Below are positions 57,150 through 64,000 of a DNA stretch of 64,000 bases, one piece after another. Position 1 is the stretch's first letter. The number at the start of each line of letters is the position of its first letter. The stretch covers positions 1 to 64,000 of the forward strand of contig JAUWOR010000004.1 in assembly GCA_030612025.1 (NCBI GenBank), written 5' to 3'. Source of the DNA: Dehalococcoidia bacterium. GTDB taxonomy: Bacteria; Chloroflexota; Dehalococcoidia; GIF9; AB-539-J10. A program made the translations under genes and the position numbers. Under the pieces are notes generated by a model. The model saw nothing but the letters and a program-made list of their open reading frames with translations. It ran no database searches and was not told the DNA's origin.

Positions 57150-58082
57150 GTGGAAATTTCTGGCGGAACAGAGAGGAGGCATTGCATAAATATGATGGAG
57201 CAAAGAATAGGTACTGTAGATAAGTTAAAGATCATTTCTTTAGTAGAGAATTCCCCGAGATATGATTCCTACCTTAAAGGTTGCAACGGTATATCCTTTT
57301 GGCTTGAAGTAACAGCAGGGGATATTCACAGAAATATTCTCTTCGATGTTGGGCCTGTAGCCGAACCAGTTATTTATAACGCAAAAAAACTCAATCTTAA
57401 GCTTTCTGAAGTAGACATGATAGTTTTATCACATTGTCATTTTGATCATACTGCGGGTTTAGCCGGCGTTATCCCTGAAATTGGGCATGAAGTCCCGATC
57501 TTTGGACACCCCGACATATTTAGACCAAATTTTACTTTAAAGCCTGAATTCATGAACTATGCCATGGTTGGTGAAAACAGAAGAGAGAGCATAGAGCAAC
57601 TTGGGGGTTATTTTATCCTTACAAAGTCGCCTATTGAACCGATTCCTGGCCTTATGGTGACTGGAGAAGTGGAAAAGACCACTGATTTTGAAGAAGTTGG
57701 TGGTGTCTCCTGCTTTACAATTGATACCGAAGGTAATCTTGTTCCTGATAACTTGAAAGATGACTATTCCATAGTGATTAACTTAAAGGATAGAGGTATT
57801 GTGATTATAACTGGTTGTGGCCATGCGGGGCCAGTTAATATCATTAAGCATTCCATCAAAATCTCCGGTGTAGATAAACTGGAAGGCATAATAGGCGGAT
57901 TCCACCTTTTACAAGCTGGTCAAGAAAGAATAGACCTTACCATTGAAGAACTTAAAAAATTCAAGCCAAGATGGATTGCCCCCATGCATTGCACCGGTGT
58001 GATACCTACAGCTAAGATAGCATTGGCTTTTGAGAGCGAGTCCCGAGAAATGCATGCCGGGAATATTATTAATTTACCTTGA
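57150..58082 (+). CDS. Metallo-beta-lactamase-fold hydrolase (COG1237-like); true start may be about 57192
   Basis: LFDVG, SHCHFDHTAG, TGCGHAG, GGFHL, PMHCTG. Confidence 0.88.
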   Translation: MEISGGTERRHCINMMEQRIGTVDKLKIISLVENSPRYDSYLKGCNGISFWLEVTAGDIHRNILFDVGPVAEPVIYNAKKLNLKLSEVDMIVLSHCHFDHTAGLAGVIPEIGHEVPIFGHPDIFRPNFTLKPEFMNYAMVGENRRESIEQLGGYFILTKSPIEPIPGLMVTGEVEKTTDFEEVGGVSCFTIDTEGNLVPDNLKDDYSIVINLKDRGIVIITGCGHAGPVNIIKHSIKISGVDKLEGIIGGFHLLQAGQERIDLTIEELKKFKPRWIAPMHCTGVIPTAKIALAFESESREMHAGNIINLP

Positions 58083-58123
58083 GAAATTTTTATGAATTTT
58101 ATAAGGATAGGAAAATCTAAACC

Positions 58124-58266
58124 AAGGGTGTTTAAAAATGTAGTACGAGGCTTTAGCCTCGTGCACGACCCTAAAGGGTCGCACTACGAGAATCTTGGAG
58201 ATGAAGAGTATTAAAACTGGATGAGGCAAATCCAGTTTTGAATCTGAGGCAAAATTAAACAGCCTC
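58124..58266 (+). mobile_element. MITE-like element, copy 5 (empty module A)
   Basis: AGGGTGTTTAAAAATGTAGT..AAAATTAAACAGCCTC; backbone matches 39068-39245. Confidence 0.8.
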
Positions 58267-58354
58267 ATAAACTATAAAGGAGGTAAAAAGGGCTAGAAGC
58301 TAGAAATAGGGAAGTTTAATCTGTTATGAAAAATAAAAAGGAGGGAAGAAAACG

Positions 58355-59701
58355 ATGGAAAAGGGGAAAGGTGGACTTAAGAGAGAAGTAGGGCTATTTG
58401 GAGTTATAGCATTTGCGGCCGGGTCAGTTATAGGTGCAGGCCCGATGGTTCTAGCTGGTGGAGCTTCAGCGCTTTGTGGTCCCGCTGTCTGGCTGGCATA
58501 TATTATTATTGGCATACCGCTGATAATCGTGGCCATTTCCTACGCGGGTGTGGCCTCTGCTATGCCTGTAGAAGGAGGTACATACTATTATCCTTCTAGA
58601 ATATATTCGCCTTTCTGGGGATTCTTGTCAGGCTGGACTAGATGGTTGGCATACATTACGCCAATAGCTGTTACGGCCATAGCCTTTTCAGACCACATCC
58701 ACACGGTGGCCCCGGTGATTCCTGCAGTGGTGCTTATGGTTGGGTTTATTGGAATTTTCTACATCTTGAATGTAGTGGGCATTAAAATATCATCGATAGC
58801 TCAGATGATAATGTTTAGCATACTTGTAGTTGGTCTGCTTGTCTTTGGCTTTAAGGGGTTGACAAGCATCAACTCAGAATTTATGACGCCAATGCAACCT
58901 TTTGGCTTTAGCGGGACAGTAAAGGCCGCCGCTCTTCTCTTTTTCGCCTATGTAGGATTCACAATGGCTGCCGAAATTGGTGAAGAGGTAAAAAATCCCG
59001 GGAAAAATGTTCCCAGGGGAATGGTAATAGGAATATTGCTTTGTGTTTTTGTATATGTTGTTATGTCTGTTGCTGCTTCTGGTAACCTAATTTGGTCTGA
59101 GCAGGCTGCCTCATCAACACCTATTTTTGATGCCGGTAAAGTTGTTTTGCCAGCAGCTGCCGCAACTATTTTCCTGCTGGTAGTTATCATGGCTGTTAGT
59201 ACTTCGCAAAATGCTTTTCAACTGGGGTGTTCACGTATGCTTTTGACCTTGGGGCGGGATAAAGTAATTCCCAAGAAGCTTAGCTCAGTGAATCCGCGTT
59301 TCGGGACGCCAATCTGGGCCTTAAGTGCAAGTGTGCTTATTGCTCTAATATTTATAGCTTCCGGGAAAGGTTTGATATTTGCCTGTTATACTTGTAACCT
59401 CAACTTTCTCTTTAGCTATATAACAGTAATGATTGCTACCATCTTTTTACCTCGGAATAAGCCAGAACTTTATGAAAAAGCACCATTTAAACTCAAGGGT
59501 GCCATGAACTATGTGCTTCCTATAATTGCCATAGTGGTTTCCATTATTTTTATGGCATTACAAGAACCAATGGCTATGGTGTGGACTGCAGTCTGGTTAG
59601 CAATCGGAGTAAGTGTTTATTTCGTACGCAAGAGTCAATTAGCAAAAGAAGGTGTTAAGTTAGAAGACCTTCTGAAGCGTATGCCAGAAGAAATGGAATA
59701 A
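58355..59701 (+). CDS. APC-family amino acid permease
   Basis: LKREVG, GSVIGAG, PVEGG, FFAYVGF, EEVKNP, SRML, FGTP; about 12 TM segments. Confidence 0.92.
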   Translation: MEKGKGGLKREVGLFGVIAFAAGSVIGAGPMVLAGGASALCGPAVWLAYIIIGIPLIIVAISYAGVASAMPVEGGTYYYPSRIYSPFWGFLSGWTRWLAYITPIAVTAIAFSDHIHTVAPVIPAVVLMVGFIGIFYILNVVGIKISSIAQMIMFSILVVGLLVFGFKGLTSINSEFMTPMQPFGFSGTVKAAALLFFAYVGFTMAAEIGEEVKNPGKNVPRGMVIGILLCVFVYVVMSVAASGNLIWSEQAASSTPIFDAGKVVLPAAAATIFLLVVIMAVSTSQNAFQLGCSRMLLTLGRDKVIPKKLSSVNPRFGTPIWALSASVLIALIFIASGKGLIFACYTCNLNFLFSYITVMIATIFLPRNKPELYEKAPFKLKGAMNYVLPIIAIVVSIIFMALQEPMAMVWTAVWLAIGVSVYFVRKSQLAKEGVKLEDLLKRMPEEME

Positions 59702-59723
59702 CTTTAGCCAAACATCAGATCTT

Positions 59724-59760
59724 CAGGAAGGTCCACTCTCGACCAGAGTGGACCTTCCTG
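59724..59760. terminator. Perfect 16-bp hairpin with CGACC loop after the permease
   Basis: caggaaggtccactct-cgacc-agagtggaccttcctg. Confidence 0.55.
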
Positions 59761-60028
59761 CCTGTGTAGGCCAAGCTTGAGTCTTTTGGTGCTGTTCCGC
59801 TTTTATTAACACAAGAGGGTGGGGGTTCGAACCCTCAACCAAGGGGGAAAACAAGGGTTCCAGGGGTTCAGCAACTCTCCGACTCTTAATCAGCTAATTT
59901 CCGCCTGATTTGATTTTCTTACTTCACAACTGCTATGCTTTTCCACAAGAGGAGGCAGGCGGATTTCGCCCCTTTTGTAGCTCGGTTTGGGACCATGAGG
60001 TCGGAGGTTCGAATCCTCTCACCCCAAT

Positions 60029-60103
60029 GCGGGAGTAACTCAGTGGTAGAGTTCCTGCCTTCCAAGCAGGGTGTCGCGGGTTCGAGTCCCGTCTCCCGCT
60101 CCA
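60029..60103 (+). tRNA. tRNA-Gly(TCC)
   Basis: GCGGGAG acceptor, CCTGC-CTTCCAA-GCAGG anticodon arm, TCCA end. Confidence 0.95.
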
Positions 60104-60108
60104 AAATT

Positions 60109-60183
60109 GGGCTCGTAGCTCAGTGGCAGAGCGGCCGGCTCATAACCGGTTGGTCGTAGGTTCGAATCCTACCGAGCCCACCA
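60109..60183 (+). tRNA. tRNA with CAT anticodon (probably Ile2; elongator Met possible)
   Basis: GGGCTCG acceptor, GCCGG-CTCATAA-CCGGT anticodon arm, ACCA end; lacks initiator features. Confidence 0.9.
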
Positions 60184-60560
60184 GTTATTTTACCTTAGTT
60201 TAGAGTCGAAAGAACGTATAATTAACTCTATCAAATAACCAGGGTTTTGGCACCGGATGATGGCAGATCCACAGTGAATCACTTGAGAAATGGGACATTG
60301 AACGGCAGAATCCTAGAATTATAAAGGGGCGTGGGCGCAGTTGAGCCGCAACATCAAGTGAGAAATTTCCTACCAAATTTGGAGCTAAATTCGAGCTTCG
60401 ACGAAGACGACTAAGAATCCAAATTCAATAAACCTAGTCGGGCGGTTGCTTACTATATTACTAGATACATACCGGAGATATTTATGGCTTCGTGCGTTTC
60501 TTTACTTGCTCACGCTTCTTAGCTATAATGCCGCTGGGGTTTTACCCTTGGAGGTGAAGA

Positions 60561-60923
60561 ATGGCAGAACAGGAAATGGACCAAGAGGAATTTGGACGCC
60601 AAGTATTCTGGGACAGGCTTGACAAGAGAGCTCCCAAAACGCATGCAGCAGTTGTGCTGTTTGATCGGTTATTCAATATTGTCTGGAAAGACGTTGCCGT
60701 AGATATTGGTCAAGCCCAAGAGATAGTCATATCCGTCGGGGCAGATGGAAAGATCAGAACGTCACTTGCTGGTTGGCTCGCATTGGGGGCTGTCGCTGCT
60801 GCTGCCTACAACATGGCTCGTGAAGACTTGAAACAATCTAGGGCCGAGCTAGACAAGAAAATAGCTGAGCTAGACGATAAGGTCTTCAGATTGTTGACTA
60901 GTCATGGCGGGGTAAATGAGTAG
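60561..60923 (+). CDS. Hypothetical protein
   Basis: GGAGG RBS; hydrophobic stretch followed by a coiled-coil-like tail. Confidence 0.6.
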   Translation: MAEQEMDQEEFGRQVFWDRLDKRAPKTHAAVVLFDRLFNIVWKDVAVDIGQAQEIVISVGADGKIRTSLAGWLALGAVAAAAYNMAREDLKQSRAELDKKIAELDDKVFRLLTSHGGVNE

Positions 60924-61097
60924 GCCAGCAAGTTGACCTAAAGAGCTAACATTTTGGCTTTTTGTTACCTCCGCAAGCTCGCTATTGGCCTCATATTTGG
61001 GCATTGACAATTGTATCAATGGGAGACCAAACCTGAGTTCCTAAATATGGAGGAAACTTGAGAACAATAACACCCGATAAGGGAGTGATGGTGACAG

Positions 61098-61123
61098 AAG
61101 AAGGGCACAAAAATGCCCTTCTT
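61098..61123. terminator. Hairpin at the end of the 62751-61122 operon
   Basis: aagaagggca-caaaaa-tgcccttctt. Confidence 0.5.
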
Positions 61124-61709
61124 ATTCTTGCTCTTGATGGATTTCAAATTGATTGCTAAGTTTTTCATCTGGAAATAGTCTCTGGATTTCATCCCATTCC
61201 TCCTCTGGTATCCTTGAGAAGTAATCTCTTAATCTCATCCTAAGCAAATGTCTGCGCTTAACGTCTAACTCTAGTAGCTTCTCTGTTCCTATTTCTCGTA
61301 GCAAGGAACTCTTTATAGGCATCATCGTTGAGAAATCAACCACTGACTCACTACCAATAACTGGATTGTCTTCAAAGTAGAAATACTGTACAGGGTCATT
61401 ATCTGGCGTGTTTTCTCCATTTTCAATTAGTTTTTGATACTCTTCTGTTCCCTGTTTGAACGGCATTTTCAGAGATAGCGGAGCAACTAATACTTGTGGC
61501 CTCCTAGGTCTCAATTTTCCTTTGTCATCTGGATACCATTGTAGTTCGCAACAATGCGATAGGATAACTAGGTATGAGTAGGATATCTTGGGGCTTTGTG
61601 GGACCGTTATTTGATTTTCTTTTAGTCTTAGAAAATTCGCTTGCACATAATACGTTTTTTGAACAATGTCACCCTGTTTTAGTATATCAGACTTGTTCTC
61701 AACAAACAT
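61122..61709 (-). CDS. Hypothetical protein, possibly PemK/MazF-like fold
   Basis: Pattern QGDI..LVILSHCCEL..VLVAPL..VVDF..L...R..L...L..YFSR; fold call is by eye. Confidence 0.55.
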   Translation of the reverse strand: MFVENKSDILKQGDIVQKTYYVQANFLRLKENQITVPQSPKISYSYLVILSHCCELQWYPDDKGKLRPRRPQVLVAPLSLKMPFKQGTEEYQKLIENGENTPDNDPVQYFYFEDNPVIGSESVVDFSTMMPIKSSLLREIGTEKLLELDVKRRHLLRMRLRDYFSRIPEEEWDEIQRLFPDEKLSNQFEIHQEQE

Positions 61710-61746
61710 GGATATCTCATTTTACAAGATGTCTCTTTGCTACAAA

Positions 61747-61956
61747 TCAAACAGCACGTTTAGGCTTAGGATATGCCTTATCAGCCCTTTCCCTATCAAT
61801 AATGGTCAAAATCGCATAGTCTCCTGTTTCTGGCAGTTCAAACTCCTCAATTTCAATAGTGCCAGAAACAGAACTCGGTTCATTGCTAGTAAGAATGCCC
61901 GGACTGTAAATCCATGTAATCTCTTCTATTCTTGTAGCCTTTCCCTGCTTTGTCAT
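61747..61956 (-). CDS. Small hypothetical protein (69 aa) with an acidic central stretch
   Basis: Strong GAGGAGG RBS overlapping the end of the upstream gene. Confidence 0.6.
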   Translation of the reverse strand: MTKQGKATRIEEITWIYSPGILTSNEPSSVSGTIEIEEFELPETGDYAILTIIDRERADKAYPKPKRAV

Positions 61957-61959
61957 TTT

Positions 61960-62751
61960 TTATTCCTCCTCAAGTAAAATAGACGTTAGTCTTTTTCTCT
62001 TAATCCATTTGAAGGTATTACTTGGCAACACTAATCCAACATCTATTTCTCCACCAACGGATGGAATCACGTTCGCAAATCTCTGATAGTTTGCTGTAGT
62101 TTCAATTAGAAAATTACAATAATCTATTGCATCCTGTACTGACCACGCAGGATATGGCTGCTGTAACTGAGGTCCTAATCCTTTGAGTTCCCAAAGTTTT
62201 ATTGCTACATAGGTTGTACCACTTACTGTCGTGCCAAAACCAGTCCATTCTTTCAGCAAATTTCTCTTGCCGATATCAACGCTGATTGATATTGGATTTC
62301 CTTCTTCATATCCAACAATTTGGAATCCCATAACATATTTGTCTTTAGGTATCTTATTAAACTCCTTCTCTCCCATAGCTTTCTTTAATTCATTCTGCAA
62401 ATATCTAGCCAATTCATCAGCTGTTTTTCTTAAACCATCCTCTTCTCTGGTATTTTCAAAACACCTGATACAAGCGAATACCGATTTATTTCCTATAGCA
62501 CCTATTCCATGAGTTCCTACCCCAAGCTTATGCCACAGCGGCTGGATTTTCTGCGAATAAGGTAACGTTGTTGATACTCCCTGACCCACTGGCACTTCAA
62601 TTGCAGCACTAAATTCATGCTCTTTCCCACAATTTGGGCATGTTGTTTTGCCTTTAGCTGATAGCTTAGGTGGCTGCATATGAATTGTTGACATGCTATC
62701 AGCTGCTATTACAATTCCATCAGGCACCCTAGTAGACGCAATTAAAGTCAT
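61960..62751 (-). CDS. Proteasome-beta-like Ntn hydrolase with a zinc-ribbon-like insert
   Basis: Starts M-TLIAS..DGIVIAADS (Thr1 nucleophile pattern), contains CPNCGKEH, SG, and C-terminal SVGGEIDV. Start moved to ATG 62751. Confidence 0.75.
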   Translation of the reverse strand: MTLIASTRVPDGIVIAADSMSTIHMQPPKLSAKGKTTCPNCGKEHEFSAAIEVPVGQGVSTTLPYSQKIQPLWHKLGVGTHGIGAIGNKSVFACIRCFENTREEDGLRKTADELARYLQNELKKAMGEKEFNKIPKDKYVMGFQIVGYEEGNPISISVDIGKRNLLKEWTGFGTTVSGTTYVAIKLWELKGLGPQLQQPYPAWSVQDAIDYCNFLIETTANYQRFANVIPSVGGEIDVGLVLPSNTFKWIKRKRLTSILLEEE

Positions 62752-63048
62752 TTTGAAATTATACCACCAACGCACCAATATAATATTTAAAGTGTAACCA
62801 CTTGTATGCCCTATCCTGCATTTTCCTACAGTTCACGACTACTGTCAAGTTACATCATGGCCCATTATCAGAAGAAACAACAAGTCTATGTTTTGTTATG
62901 CTTGTGACGAAAGCCAAATCCCTTCTCAAAAGTTGCTCAATCCTCCGATAAAGCCTAAAGCTATCCTCAAACTTCACTGACCCAAAAAACATTGATTTGG
63001 AAGTGATCTAATGATTAGGTGCAGGTCATAAAGATAGCGGATAAGTCA

Positions 63049-63549
63049 CTAAACTTTTGACTTCATTTCATCCATGAGTCTGAACATCTTAACACATGCA
63101 TCCTGAGCCTGTCTCCACTGCTCATGTTCTACTCTACCCTCCTTCATTACAGCCCAATACACGCTAGCGATTTGTCTCCAATATCCTCGTAAATCCTCTG
63201 AGCCAGTTGTACGGATTGATGCCGATGCTTCACCGGTTAAATGCTGTATCCGCTTCTCTATTTCCACCATCGCATCCTTATCATCATATATCGGTAGTCC
63301 TATTTCCTCTCCAACTGCTATTCCAATAATCCTCATCATTAACTTGGTTGTCTCTTCCACTACTTCAAGTCTCTCAGATAATAGTTCTCGCTTTATTCTC
63401 CGCTGCTCTCTTTCGAGCTCATTTTGCCTATTTCTTGTCTCATCTTCTAATGACCATTTCCTTTGTCTTTTCTGAACAAAGTATGCACCTATATAACTAA
63501 CAATTGCGCCTCCCAGTGTTCCTGCTACAGCTATAATACTAGAGTCCAC
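63049..63549 (-). CDS. Hypothetical protein with an N-terminal membrane anchor and coiled coil
   Basis: IIAVAGTLGGAIVSYIGAYF followed by a charged helix; AGGAG RBS before a GTG start. Confidence 0.7.
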   Translation of the reverse strand: MDSSIIAVAGTLGGAIVSYIGAYFVQKRQRKWSLEDETRNRQNELEREQRRIKRELLSERLEVVEETTKLMMRIIGIAVGEEIGLPIYDDKDAMVEIEKRIQHLTGEASASIRTTGSEDLRGYWRQIASVYWAVMKEGRVEHEQWRQAQDACVKMFRLMDEMKSKV

Positions 63550-63908
63550 GTCACTCTCCTAATGTGTATTCAAACTGACCTGCCCTTATGATTATATCAC
63601 CTTCTAAGTCAGATTCAATGGCACAGTGCTTGACAGTATCTAGTTTAATGTACCAGCCTGTCCGCCTGAGTTTTTAGCCTACTTCTCCGGTAGGGCAAAG
63701 GAGTCGGGCTAAAGCTCGGCTTGTTTTGCGCAAAATTCCCTCAAAAATCACTCGACTAGTCCATTTACACCCATGAGGTTATTTTACCCCCCAAATTTCG
63801 CCTCTCACGACCAGTTTTTTTGTCCCGAGGATTTTTTTCAAGAATCTCCTGTTTCTCCTCGGGGAGGGTTTAGATTACTTGACATAATACTTCGGCGGGG
63901 TGACCTCA

Positions 63909-64000
63909 CTAATCAGGCTCGGCCAAGGGATGATATTTGTGGTGGGTTTCTTCAGCATATTTATCTGAGGCATGGACATACCGGGTAGTGGTATCCAAAG
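63909..64000 (-). CDS. C-terminus of a tyrosine recombinase/integrase (partial)
   Basis: Manual translation LDTTTRYVHASDKYAEETHHKYHPLAEPD*, with the TTxxYxH catalytic-Tyr motif. Confidence 0.7.
   Translation of the reverse strand, partial: LDTTTRYVHASDKYAEETHHKYHPLAEPD

Noticed and set aside
59813-59840. GGTTCGAACCC segment resembling a tRNA T arm
   Set aside because: Too short, no cloverleaf; may be chance.
63773-63988. 71-aa plus-strand ORF at the window end
   Set aside because: Overlaps the better-supported minus-strand integrase tail and has no recognisable features.

Overview
A 64-kb piece of a bacterial chromosome. Protein families and gene order suggest an anaerobic Dehalococcoidia-like Chloroflexota genome (inference, not searched). 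1-17 kb: group 3b-type [NiFe]-hydrogenase/hyp genes, glnA, two glutamate dehydrogenases (one frameshifted) around a DDE IS, hisF, and a mannosylglycerate cluster with an embedded asparagine-synthetase-like enzyme. 17-47 kb: housekeeping genes (ychF, holA, alaS, ruvX, aro genes, aspS, tig, clpP, purN, efp, topA, dprA, ppdK). 47-64 kb: tRNA-associated accessory DNA (tRNA-Ser loci interleaved with TA modules, a porCDAB-type operon, a 4-kb island at tRNA-Pro, and a low-GC island with a proteasome-like protease / small protein / PemK-like operon and an integrase tail). The strongest unexplained signal is a set of at least five families of short palindromic or heptameric repeats. They nest inside one another, one shows filled and empty sites with a 3-bp duplication, and they sit in frame inside, or supply the ends of, about a dozen otherwise intact genes, most of them housekeeping. 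All assignments come from reading motifs by eye; no searches were run.
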